From: a virus
Length of the DNA stretch: 61,683 nucleotides
Strand: one strand, 5' to 3'
IMG/VR virus record: IMGVR_UViG_3300045988_126295
Location: 1-61,683 of that record
A program made the position numbers and the translations under genes. How positions within the stretch are numbered: the first letter of the stretch is position 1; each line of letters begins with the position of its first letter. The notes under the pieces were generated by a model, which saw only the letters and a program-made list of their open reading frames with translations, was not told the origin of the DNA and did not search any database. This document shows positions 50,701 through 59,076 of this stretch, piece after piece.

Positions 50701-51318
50701 GAAGCCCGCAAACGTGCTGCCGAGGATAAAACGGCTGCAAAAAACGCAGAACTTGAAAAGAAAAAAGCTGCATTGCAGGAGAAGCAGGCTAAATGGGACA
50801 AGGCAAATTCTATTGTTCAGGCGGGGATAGCCACCGCTTTAGCTATAACAAAAGCATTACCTAATTTAGTTCTTGCCGCTTTGGTTGGTGCAATGGGCGC
50901 TGCTCAAATTGCTGTTATTGCTGCTCAGCCCATTCCCAGATACGCAAAGGGTACAAAGGATCATCCGGGAGGATTGGCTATTGTGGGTGACGGTGGAAAG
51001 AAAGAAGGTATCATAACTGATAATGGATTGTTTGTTACGCCCGATAAGCCCACATTGGTAAATCTACCGGCGCACGCACAGGTAATTCCGGACTTGTCTT
51101 ATATATATGACAGAGACGGCCTAACATCCGATTATGGCATGATAGAAAAGAAGCTGAAAGATATGCGAGAAAGTGGCATAGTAGTCAATGTAAACAATGA
51201 TTACAGCAGCCTTGAAAGGGAAATGAAAGGCAATACAAGGCAATTGCAGAACATCGGAAGAATGATGAAAAAAGCTAACCATATCGCAGATTACAACTGG
51301 ATTTCAAACCGTATATAA
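47773..51318 (+). CDS. Tail tape measure protein
   Basis: 1181 aa, the longest ORF. Extended A/E/K/Q coiled coil with hydrophobic segments (WQAALVIGITLLSAYG; LVLAALVGAMGAAQIAVIAA). Confidence 0.85.
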   Translation: MANEFVITDVVSKEALQQLKTLSLEFDSAKGKYVEFANTLAASSKTNPKTFDELSQKAHDYTSILEKLNKTQERMESIQTKQLTVLRQISQQFNSMSSLQKLNILFEQFSKNVKNASDMLAGLSSSSNQVASAQENAAKSTQTASDTINQASAQLQAANMNYASIIDTVQAYDSEVTKLTADTIANKEAMNKINADVKSLEKSYEDGKISLSEYTKQSAILMQRHAELMAQNKLHSAQIRAHSTYIISASGSYNEMNAAMLELQKRYKALSEADRESSIGKNLISQANSLNNKLKEIDAQFGNYQRNVGNYASSWNGLNVQTQQLLRELPSLTVSFNQFFLAISNNLPMFADELRRASEEFKRMKAEGLTAIPVWKQLLGSIFSWQAALVIGITLLSAYGSEIAKWVGSLFKGKKALDEIISAQDKLRIAQKRAIHDTMEERIQLGLLYKAATDNNRSIIERIAAANELKNISPKLFDNYTKERIMIGDAKDAYKLLTDQIIATAKAKRIMGEITKAATNYEESEFKRLNQVYTVEKARAEYQKFVEAGLSRTEAGIDAKKKLEAEKAILKSLKEQSNEYKNQINDLEKLVDVGALVNDPGKSDKAYEEAKKKAEEYAEYIKKITEDLAKSRIDLIADGRKKEIAEVSKEYEDRIKEIKGNSEKEIELRKNLETLKGKAIAEINDKYDKELLEIEKANLENRLASIGDNSNEELDKRLNLQIQLNNMMRDAEINDAEKNGNDVVAIRMKYMKRENDLIMQNLEERFGMIESNTDRMIDRQETAALEEANLLKKQYANGEIGKEDYEKQLYDIGVKYAKARLETLMKEVEAEMALLDPNSEKYQDLEDRLINLQSQIDGINYDDATKKREEWIDKFKEGLSGMNSAARDALGETAGIFEGLSDIMADVAEEGKLSFENMAQAVGKIVSGITSLMTDIYDARIENVEKEQEANDEAYDKEIERIESLEENGAISTEEAEARKRAAEDKTAAKNAELEKKKAALQEKQAKWDKANSIVQAGIATALAITKALPNLVLAALVGAMGAAQIAVIAAQPIPRYAKGTKDHPGGLAIVGDGGKKEGIITDNGLFVTPDKPTLVNLPAHAQVIPDLSYIYDRDGLTSDYGMIEKKLKDMRESGIVVNVNNDYSSLEREMKGNTRQLQNIGRMMKKANHIADYNWISNRI

Positions 51319-51328
51319 ACTATTGGAT

Positions 51329-51907
51329 ATGATATACAATGATTTAAGTAAGATATCCCTTTCCCGTTTCATTGACATCTTTCTTGGAGATATTGACAAG
51401 GTTGTTCAAGGCGATTCGCATAGCATAAAAGAAAAGGTTTTGGCTGCCGAGAAGCTGTGTAATGAATACTTGTCAATCATAGGCGGTAAATCAGCCGTTG
51501 CGCAGATAATCAGGAGAAACGAAGTCCTTAACATTCAAATACGGCTGAACTGTTTTTCCATGTGCGAAAAATTGATTTCGTCCGGGGACTGGGATGTAGT
51601 AGTTAGCATTATGGGAGCTTTAGGATACAGGTTCAAAGAAGATGAACACGAAAAGATAACAAACCGGATAAAGAGCGTTTCAGCTTCCGATAATTACAGA
51701 CTGGCAAAGCTTCAGGAATCGGCCGCAAATTCCGGTAAGGTTAAAATGGATAGGGATTATTTCACGAAGGAAAGGGTTTCTCTCATGTCTCATGTAAAGA
51801 TGCACATTGATGAGAACACTTTTTCTGCCAAAGAATATGCCTATATGGTTAGACGCATGTGTGACGAGATAGATGCTTTGATTCGTTCAACTTCAAAAAA
51901 GAAATAA
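51329..51907 (+). CDS. Hypothetical tail-module protein
   Basis: 192 aa from the ATG at 51329 (the track start is TTG at 51323). Between the tape measure and the 649-aa protein. Confidence 0.5.
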   Translation: MIYNDLSKISLSRFIDIFLGDIDKVVQGDSHSIKEKVLAAEKLCNEYLSIIGGKSAVAQIIRRNEVLNIQIRLNCFSMCEKLISSGDWDVVVSIMGALGYRFKEDEHEKITNRIKSVSASDNYRLAKLQESAANSGKVKMDRDYFTKERVSLMSHVKMHIDENTFSAKEYAYMVRRMCDEIDALIRSTSKKK

Positions 51908-51908
51908 G

Positions 51909-53858
51909 ATGTATTATAGATGTGAGTTGCTGGTAGGAGGTAATGTACATGACGTAACAAATGACCTTGTCAATTGGGATGATGTAGAGATGTCTTTCAA
52001 GAGAAATGACTATGACGGTGTCGTGCGTAGTTTCTCAACCAAATTCGAGTTCTCAGGAGGAGCTTATTCTCTTCTTCTAAGAGAATATCAGTCAAATTAT
52101 TTAAAGTCATCCGCTACGATTGTGTTTTATGTAAGAAACAATTCGTGGTTGTTGAACGAAAAGTTCAGGTGCGCCTTGGATTACTCCACATTCACATACA
52201 CCGACATATCATGCGAGATTAATGCGGTTGACAATAGCCTTGCAAGTCTCATCAAGGCGAAAAAAGGCACACAATATGAATACTTGGTTAGCGAATTGAA
52301 GGAGGCGGAACCTCTGTATTATGATAGGCTGGAGATGTCGAGTAATATAGAATGGGTTATAGGAGGAGAAGTTAGCGATGATGCAGACTGGGTATATAAT
52401 ACTTATGATAATGTTGGTAATTCAATTGTACCGTTATACATAAAAGGCACTCCGGAAATAGCAGTTAAAAACAAAGTAGAAGTTACCGATGTAAGCATTC
52501 CTCCAAGCGGAGAACCTGTACCTATACCGAGTTTGTGGTTTTTTCATAACATAAGTTCTTTACCTCTCCATATTAGTGTAGACTTTTCCACAGGGGTTAC
52601 AGTTGAAAAGTTAACCGACGATGCATCTGCAACATTAATTGTAGAGCAAAGATACGGTAGTGGGGGTGATAGAACTTTGCTTGAGCAACAGTTATCCGGT
52701 ATTAGTGGAGCAATACAGCCCGTATCGATACATAGAGATGATTATACAATGTTTATTGACGGCTATCTTATATTTAGAATAAGCATTAAAGGAAAGATTA
52801 AAATCGGCATGCGTAATAACCCTTTCAAGATAACATTTAAAGCAATAGATACACCCGTTGACATTAATGTAATTAAACCCACAGTCTTATTAAACAGGCT
52901 TCTTAAGTCAATAAATGGAGGTAATGAGGGTGTAACTGGAGAAATATCCATTCCGGCCGGGGATGCTTATAAAGGGGTTAAAAATGCCATGATTGCGCCC
53001 GCCGAAAGTATCAGAGGAATACCAAATGCCAAAATCTATACATCCTATACCAAATTCGCAAATTGGATGAGTTCTGTTTTCGGGTTTGTTCCCGTTATAG
53101 GTGATAATAAGGTAACATTTGTGCACAGGGATGCTTTGTTTCAGGATAAACAAGTGAAAGACCTGAAAGACGATACGGTAGACCTGAATTATAATGTAAG
53201 CTCCTCTATGATATATTCCCGGCTAAAAGTAGGATATGACAAACAGGACTACGATAGCGTAAACGGACGTGATGAATTTCATTTCACAAACGAATACACC
53301 ACTGGAATTACCCTTACAGAGAATGCGAAAGAATTGATAAGCCCATATCGCGCGGATGCATACGGCATAGAATTTCTTGCCGCAAAAAGAGGCGAAGATA
53401 CAACGGACAATGACAGTGATAGTGATATATTCTTTGTTGGTGCCGCACTTGAGGGAGGAAAGTATAAACTTGTACGAAGCGGATACACCATATCCGGCGT
53501 TATATCTCCGTCTACCATGTTTAATGCCATGTATTCGCAGCGCTACATGATTGAAGCGAACGCACGCTACCTTGCAGCCTTTGCAGAGCAGCTGTCTTTT
53601 ACGTCCTCTGACGGCAATAGTGATGTTGAGATTAACGGAGTAAGAGAAACCAACGACATAGCATTAGGAAACAGACTGTTTACGGTTGGGGAATTATCGG
53701 TAGAAACAGGCGATCAGGGAACACCCTCTGATTTATCAGGCTATATACGGATAGAGAAGAACGGGAACATATATAAAGGATACGTAAAGAGTGTAAGTTA
53801 CAATCATGGAAAGGCAAAACCTGTAAAGTATTCACTGATAGTTAAGAGCGTAGAATGA
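51909..53858 (+). CDS. Tail tip / distal tail structural protein
   Basis: 649 aa, directly downstream of the tape-measure operon genes. Function is assigned by position only. Confidence 0.4.
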   Translation: MYYRCELLVGGNVHDVTNDLVNWDDVEMSFKRNDYDGVVRSFSTKFEFSGGAYSLLLREYQSNYLKSSATIVFYVRNNSWLLNEKFRCALDYSTFTYTDISCEINAVDNSLASLIKAKKGTQYEYLVSELKEAEPLYYDRLEMSSNIEWVIGGEVSDDADWVYNTYDNVGNSIVPLYIKGTPEIAVKNKVEVTDVSIPPSGEPVPIPSLWFFHNISSLPLHISVDFSTGVTVEKLTDDASATLIVEQRYGSGGDRTLLEQQLSGISGAIQPVSIHRDDYTMFIDGYLIFRISIKGKIKIGMRNNPFKITFKAIDTPVDINVIKPTVLLNRLLKSINGGNEGVTGEISIPAGDAYKGVKNAMIAPAESIRGIPNAKIYTSYTKFANWMSSVFGFVPVIGDNKVTFVHRDALFQDKQVKDLKDDTVDLNYNVSSSMIYSRLKVGYDKQDYDSVNGRDEFHFTNEYTTGITLTENAKELISPYRADAYGIEFLAAKRGEDTTDNDSDSDIFFVGAALEGGKYKLVRSGYTISGVISPSTMFNAMYSQRYMIEANARYLAAFAEQLSFTSSDGNSDVEINGVRETNDIALGNRLFTVGELSVETGDQGTPSDLSGYIRIEKNGNIYKGYVKSVSYNHGKAKPVKYSLIVKSVE

Positions 53859-53867
53859 ATATATAGA

Positions 53868-53896
53868 AAAAGCCAGATGTAGTGTCTGGCTTTATT
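53868..53896. terminator. Bidirectional terminator between convergent operons
   Basis: aaaaa-GCCAGA-tgtagtg-TCTGGC-tttatt. Confidence 0.6.
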
Positions 53897-53971
53897 GCAA
53901 TCAAATGTCATCCTTAAATATCTGTAATGGCTTATACATTCTTCTCGTTGGAGATGATAAATATAGAAATA

Positions 53972-54211
53972 TCAATATCCGAGGAGTGGGTTTTTTTCGC
54001 CATTGTTAGATATAATCCTTCTTGCAACATTAGCTATCCTTTCTTTTTGCTCTTTAAACAAAGCAAATTCTTTAGAGGAAAAATCCTTAGTTGCATATCT
54101 ACGAACAAGGGAACGAAATTCTTTAATCTCGTTCTTTGTCATTTTAGGATTTGAATTTGTTTGTATCATAATAATATCTACTTGGTTACGTTTCCCAAAA
54201 AACAAAAGCAT
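53972..54211 (-). CDS. Hypothetical protein (AT-rich island)
   Basis: 79 aa. ATG verified (alternative ATG at aa 15). Basic. Confidence 0.5.
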   Translation of the reverse strand: MLLFFGKRNQVDIIMIQTNSNPKMTKNEIKEFRSLVRRYATKDFSSKEFALFKEQKERIANVARRIISNNGEKNPLLGY

Positions 54212-54284
54212 TTATTGTATAATCATTTTTATAGTATCTAAAATAAGGCAACATGAATCACTTATAATACTTTCCTATTAATTT

Positions 54285-54806
54285 TTATTCAAAGTATTCG
54301 TATTGCTCAATAAAAAAGGTTTCTATCCTACTCACTAAATCAGGGGTTTTCTTCAAAGCAGAATTATTTATGAGCATATATGCACTTTTCTCTATATTTT
54401 CCTTATGATAAAAATGCTTATCGCTAAAATAGGTTGCTACTATTTTAGAATAAACTCTATATCTTTTTGTACAATATACATCTTCGTCAAATCCATTTGA
54501 ACCAATAAACCCAAAAGATGCTTTAGGATTTGTCTGATAAATAGACAACATTATATTTATACAAGTATTTATTATCCTTCTTGGCTCATTGGTATTAGTC
54601 ATTATTCTGTATTTGTTCTTTGATAAAGAGTGGCTCTTTTGATAAAACTTCACCGCATAGATATTGTATTCATATTCTTCCACTCGAACAATATATACCA
54701 ACTTTGACTTCGTGGATTTGAACCTATATAATAAAACATGAAGGAGACCATGCAAGTCTCCTTTTTCTTTTTGGATAAAATAAAACGGATATGCGCTTTC
54801 AAGCAT
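54285..54806 (-). CDS. Hypothetical protein (AT-rich island)
   Basis: 173 aa. ATG verified. No family recognised. Confidence 0.55.
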   Translation of the reverse strand: MLESAYPFYFIQKEKGDLHGLLHVLLYRFKSTKSKLVYIVRVEEYEYNIYAVKFYQKSHSLSKNKYRIMTNTNEPRRIINTCINIMLSIYQTNPKASFGFIGSNGFDEDVYCTKRYRVYSKIVATYFSDKHFYHKENIEKSAYMLINNSALKKTPDLVSRIETFFIEQYEYFE

Positions 54807-55115
54807 TATAACAAATATGAATATACGGGTATTCTTCTTTTATTAAGTTCCTCTTTGGAAATATCAGACAATACAAACTTCTTCCCTGAATTGGATTTAC
54901 TCAAATCAGAGATGTTCTTCTTAGACGAACGAGGATTTTGTTTTAATCTTATATTACCCATACCACCTTTATTCTATAATATTGTAGAACGACAGAACGA
55001 ACGACGCAATTTAAACATAACACTACCTAACAATGTTTACTACATTGTTAATAATATTATTTCCGATACAAATTAAAGCAGAAATAGGGATGTAACCAAA
55101 ACATGAGACGGATTT

Positions 55116-55143
55116 CTTTGTAATTTAGAAACGGTCTAAATAA
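55116..55143 (+). repeat. 28-bp imperfect direct repeat, copy 1 (CTTTGTAATTTA-N4-CSGTCTAAATAA)
   Basis: ctttgtaatttagaaacggtctaaataa, versus ctttgtaatttatacgccgtctaaataa at 56545. Confidence 0.7.
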
Positions 55144-55212
55144 GCATTAGTATATTACTGCGTTGCCACTAACGATGTATACAGGCAGCTTTGACTTATT
55201 ACATACAATTCC

Positions 55213-56028
55213 TTACTTTTTATCTATATATTCTCTTGCTATATTTAACAAATAAGATTTTTCTATTTTATCAAGTAGCTTTTTATCATCATCTATTAAA
55301 GTGTTTTTAATAGAATCCATGTTTAAAGAAGAGGTTTCTTTTTTTATCTGTTTTTCTGTTTTTTTATTTAACATCCCCAACCCTATAATTTTCAATTCTT
55401 TAAATTTTTCTCCAATAGCACTCCTTGTATTATCAGATATATTATTTGTAATCGGGGAAGTAGATATATTTAATATTGTAAAATTAAATTCATTAAATTT
55501 TTCTCCAACTGAAATATGCCCATTCATACTCCTATTGAAATACCCCATTAAATACACATTTGAATTTTCGTTAATATTGGACATATTATTAAACGCTACA
55601 TCGTTTTCTTTTGAGTTGTTATCTATGGTATATACACTCTTTAATATAATTCTATCATAAGGGTATCCTACTTTATAATTATCCCCATTATATTCTATTT
55701 CTATATTTAAAAATATAAAACTTGATTCTTCTCCTTTTTTATATTCAAAATCCTTAACTTTTCCTGTCCAGTTATTTATAATCTGAACCGAATCTGCATA
55801 CTGAGATAATATATTATAATACTGTCTTGTATAATATCTCTTTTTATTTTTATTTTTTTCAATCTGTATAGGATTGGTGCTAATACAAGAATTAATGCTA
55901 TCCATTCTTTGAGAAACCAATTCAATGAAAATATCTTGGTCTTTGATCTCCTTTTTTACATTTACATTAGAGTTATTACATGATGATATTAATATTGTCA
56001 AGAATAGAATACATACGGATGCTTTCAT
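55213..56028 (-). CDS. Lipoprotein (AT-rich island)
   Basis: 271 aa. MKASVCILFLTILISSCNNSN signal sequence with lipobox LISSC. Confidence 0.65.
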   Translation of the reverse strand: MKASVCILFLTILISSCNNSNVNVKKEIKDQDIFIELVSQRMDSINSCISTNPIQIEKNKNKKRYYTRQYYNILSQYADSVQIINNWTGKVKDFEYKKGEESSFIFLNIEIEYNGDNYKVGYPYDRIILKSVYTIDNNSKENDVAFNNMSNINENSNVYLMGYFNRSMNGHISVGEKFNEFNFTILNISTSPITNNISDNTRSAIGEKFKELKIIGLGMLNKKTEKQIKKETSSLNMDSIKNTLIDDDKKLLDKIEKSYLLNIAREYIDKK

Positions 56029-56102
56029 AATATTATATTTTTAAGAATACAGTCAATTACAATGATTCAAACACTGATTTATTAAGATTATCAGCACAAT
56101 CG

Positions 56103-56471
56103 CTATTCTGTTATTTTTCTTATCTTATTAATTTCATCATACTTAGCAAAATCAATACTATATTCATCTCCCAACTTAGATAACTCGTATTCGTATTTTT
56201 TAACCAATCCGGGATAATTATATTTAAAGTCCCCTGGAAGTTCGGATATTTTAATCAAATCCTCAACATATAAACGTTTATATATCTCAAAAGCCTTATC
56301 CTTATTGCCAAGTATAATTTGTTTATGAGCTTCATCTAAGCTATTTCCAATAATATTTTTTCCAAGTTTTCTTACATTATTAGTCATTCCCCATACCTTG
56401 AAGAATAGAATAATCTGTAATACGCCAAATACAATAATAATGATCGAGGTAATGATTAGAATGCTTTCCAT
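56103..56471 (-). CDS. Membrane-anchored protein (AT-rich island)
   Basis: 122 aa from the ATG at 56471 (the track start is GTG at 56480). N-terminal TM ILIITSIIIIVFGVLQIILFF. Confidence 0.55.
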   Translation of the reverse strand: MESILIITSIIIIVFGVLQIILFFKVWGMTNNVRKLGKNIIGNSLDEAHKQIILGNKDKAFEIYKRLYVEDLIKISELPGDFKYNYPGLVKKYEYELSKLGDEYSIDFAKYDEINKIRKITE

Positions 56472-56544
56472 AATAAACACGTTTTAAGTTTTGTTTGCAA
56501 AGTAACTTTAAAACTGACAAATAATCAATATATTTAATAGAAAC

Positions 56545-56572
56545 CTTTGTAATTTATACGCCGTCTAAATAA
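56545..56572 (+). repeat. 28-bp imperfect direct repeat, copy 2
   Basis: See 55116..55143. Together the two copies bracket the lipoprotein plus membrane-protein pair. Confidence 0.7.
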
Positions 56573-56604
56573 CGAAATCCCTTTGCAAATTGACAAAATG
56601 TTGT

Positions 56605-56677
56605 TATATTTGCGGTGTCAACAAGTTCATAAGAGAGGTAAACTCTTATGGCTCTATCCATATAGAGTTATTTTTTT
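56605..56677 (+). promoter_or_regulatory. Promoter (-7 TATATTTG) plus short leader with two hairpins and terminator, upstream of the Bro-N gene
   Basis: -7 box at 56605-12. CATAAGAG/CTCTTATG at 56628-50. CTCTAT-ccat-ATAGAG plus TTATTTTTTT at 56652-77. Confidence 0.5.
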
Positions 56678-56808
56678 GCCAATACATATTAATAAGTAGT
56701 ATCGTATAAAATTAAGATATTGCGCCTACCGAGTGGAGATACGGAAACGCCTCCGACATTAATCTTATGGATTTGTTGACAGCTCGTAGTAGGTGCATTT
56801 TTTTTGTT

Positions 56809-57327
56809 ATGTCAACAAATCCTATTCAAGTCCTAAAACAAACAGAATTGCTTGGACATCAATTCACAGTTTACGGAACCGCTGAAAACCCATTATTCTT
56901 AACAAAGGAAGTTGCAGATATAATAGAATATTCTGCAAGCAATTCAAGTAAACTAACCAATCTTGTAGATAGAGACGAAAAGGTTCGTAACATTATTACG
57001 ACCCCCGGTGGAAATCAAGAAGTTTGGCTGCTAACAGAGGACGGTTTGTATGAGGTCTTATTTCAATCCCGAAAGCCAATCGCCAAAGAATTTAAGAAAG
57101 GTGTTAAGGAAATTCTAAAGACCATCCGCAAAACCGGCGGATACATCGCAACCAAACAGGATGACACTCCCGAAGAAATCATGGCACGTGCACTCATAGT
57201 GGCACAGGAAACAATCAAAAGAAAAGAAGAAAGGCTAAAGCAGCTTGAAGAAAAGAACGCCAAGCTAAAGCCCAAAGCCGACTTTGCCGAAGCCGCTTTC
57301 AAAAAAAATATTATTTTCGTTTGGTAA
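56809..57327 (+). CDS. Bro-N domain antirepressor-type protein, truncated at the start of a KilAC-like domain
   Basis: 172 aa from the ATG at 56809. LLGHQFTVYGTAENPLFLTKEVADIIEY...WLLTEDGLYEVLFQSRKPIAKEFKKGVKEIL (Bro-N). Ends ...KPKADFAEAAFKKNIIFVW*. Confidence 0.7.
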   Translation: MSTNPIQVLKQTELLGHQFTVYGTAENPLFLTKEVADIIEYSASNSSKLTNLVDRDEKVRNIITTPGGNQEVWLLTEDGLYEVLFQSRKPIAKEFKKGVKEILKTIRKTGGYIATKQDDTPEEIMARALIVAQETIKRKEERLKQLEEKNAKLKPKADFAEAAFKKNIIFVW

Positions 57328-57342
57328 TTTACTGAATTGTTG

Positions 57343-57350
57343 TACATTTG
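57343..57350 (+). promoter_or_regulatory. Candidate -7 box TACATTTG for the KilA-N gene
   Basis: 16 nt after the Bro-N stop. Followed by a 180-nt leader. Confidence 0.4.
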
Positions 57351-57531
57351 CAGTGCGACAGTTTTATATACATATTTGGATTGGGGATTTTTTATGCCCT
57401 ATATTGAACTACTGCCCAAAATATAAGCAGAGGTTTCTCCGTACATATTCGCCCCAAGCCGATATGGAACTGTCGCAAGTTGGAGAAATTCTCTGCTTTC
57501 TTTATTTATTAACTTTTAATTTTCATTGTTT

Positions 57532-58401
57532 ATGCGACAGTTGAATGAAAATTACTCAAACAGCAATAACATTGCTGTATTAAGTACGTCCACTCACGAA
57601 ACGAGTAAAACTTTCTCCTACAATGGCAACGAGGTACTTTTTGACATCAAAGACGATGTTATGGTTAACGCCACACAGCTTGCTAAAATCTACGGGAAGC
57701 GTCCCAATGATTATTTGTCCTTACCTGCTACAAATCAATTAATTAACGCCATTACAAGAAAATATGGTATTGCTGAAAATCAATTAGTTAGAACAGAAAG
57801 AGGTGGAATAGCTCCCGGTACTTGGATGCACAGATTAATAGTAGTTGATTTCTGCCAATGGTTAGACATTGATTTGAAACTGTGGTGTACTGAAAAACTC
57901 GATGAATTGATGCGATACGGCATGACCGCCACTCAGCCGACTTTGGAACAGATGATAAACAACCCCGACCTTGTTATCAGCCTTGCCACACAATTAAAGA
58001 ACGAACGTGAGGAAAAGGCAAGATTAGAACAAGAGAAGAAGCGTCTTGAAGATAAAACTGCCAGACAGGAACCTTTGGTGTCATTCGCCGAATCCGCTTT
58101 CAAAGCAGAGGGCAAAGTAGACATAGGCCAAGCCGCAAAGATTCTCAACCTCGGTTTCGGGAGAAACACCCTTTTCAAGAAGCTAAAGGAAGTGGGCGTA
58201 TTTTTTAAAGACAGGAACGAACCGAAACAAAAGTACATTGACGCCGGGTATTTTGAAATGACGCTGTTACCGCCTATACACAGAGACAGTCACCCCGACA
58301 TATTATATCAAAAGGTACTTTGTAAGCCCAAAGGACTTGCTTACATTAATTATTTATTCGGTGGAAAGCCTTCTGACGGGAAAACGGCAAAAATAAAATA
58401 A
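57532..58401 (+). CDS. KilA-N domain plus KilAC domain antirepressor-type protein
   Basis: 289 aa from the ATG at 57532. VMVNATQLAKIYGKRPNDYL...GTWMHRLIVVDFCQWLDIDLKLW (KilA-N). C-terminal SFAESAFKAEGKVDIGQAAKILNLGFGRNTLFKKLKE (KilAC). Confidence 0.7.
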   Translation: MRQLNENYSNSNNIAVLSTSTHETSKTFSYNGNEVLFDIKDDVMVNATQLAKIYGKRPNDYLSLPATNQLINAITRKYGIAENQLVRTERGGIAPGTWMHRLIVVDFCQWLDIDLKLWCTEKLDELMRYGMTATQPTLEQMINNPDLVISLATQLKNEREEKARLEQEKKRLEDKTARQEPLVSFAESAFKAEGKVDIGQAAKILNLGFGRNTLFKKLKEVGVFFKDRNEPKQKYIDAGYFEMTLLPPIHRDSHPDILYQKVLCKPKGLAYINYLFGGKPSDGKTAKIK

Positions 58402-58494
58402 CCCAAACAACCCAGTGGGTTAAATTCAACCCAAACAACATTACAATCACAGCCGATGTGCTGATTTTAAACCTAAAACAAATATTTTATCTAT

Positions 58495-58785
58495 ATGAGA
58501 ACAAATACATCCGATTTGGTGAGACAAATGAGTATAGTATCAGAAGAACATGAACAGGTTCTTAGAGAGTTGAAAAACATGCAATCTGTTGTAAAGTACA
58601 TAAGTCATTTGCTGGACGCTTACAACATCGTATCAGGACGCGTAGACGAATTGCAGGAAGAGATAAAGGAGCTAAAGCGTGGAAAAAACAACAAGACGGA
58701 TACCCCAACAGATGGCACAAAGACACACAGAGTTGAGAAAACAGTAATGCCTAATATGCGGATAATAATGGGGCTTAAAAAGTAA
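58495..58785 (+). CDS. Hypothetical protein, paralog of the 9548..9778 product
   Basis: 96 aa. ATG verified. Preceded by the same 18-nt motif as 31557. Confidence 0.55.
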   Translation: MRTNTSDLVRQMSIVSEEHEQVLRELKNMQSVVKYISHLLDAYNIVSGRVDELQEEIKELKRGKNNKTDTPTDGTKTHRVEKTVMPNMRIIMGLKK

Positions 58786-58893
58786 ACTTAAGAGGCGGGG
58801 TAACTCCCGCCTTTGTTCTATTTTTAATATTTTTCAATTTGAAGGCAGAAAAATTACGGGGGTTATACAAAAAACAGTGTTCTATTTTTAATA

Positions 58894-59076
58894 TCAGAAC
58901 CAAACATACTCTATAAATACACCTTTAAACATCTCTCCCCGCGGGCAGAAATTGAATATTCCGCCGTTCTCATACAAGACATACACCTTACCCTCCATTT
59001 GGGCCACTTTCCTTGCAAGCATCCTCATATTGGCTATGTCTGCCATTCTCTTTTTGTTTTCGCACGCACACCCCAT
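58894..59076 (-). CDS. Hypothetical small protein
   Basis: 60 aa. ATG overlaps the upstream stop. Confidence 0.45.
   Translation of the reverse strand: MGCACENKKRMADIANMRMLARKVAQMEGKVYVLYENGGIFNFCPRGEMFKGVFIEYVWF

Noticed and set aside
48702-50801. Minus-strand ORFs inside the tape-measure gene (48702..49034, 49590..50162, 50083..50301, 50352..50801)
   Set aside because: The Ser/Leu/Phe-rich translations are the mirror image of the E/K/A-rich coiled-coil codons of the 1181-aa tape-measure ORF. This is a typical antisense artefact.
54738-55076. 112-aa plus-strand ORF in the AT-rich island
   Set aside because: It overlaps the 5' end of the minus-strand 173-aa gene by 69 nt, and the rest lies in very AT-rich spacer where long ORFs arise easily. 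There is no start context or recognisable features. The spacer itself is noted in the island finding.
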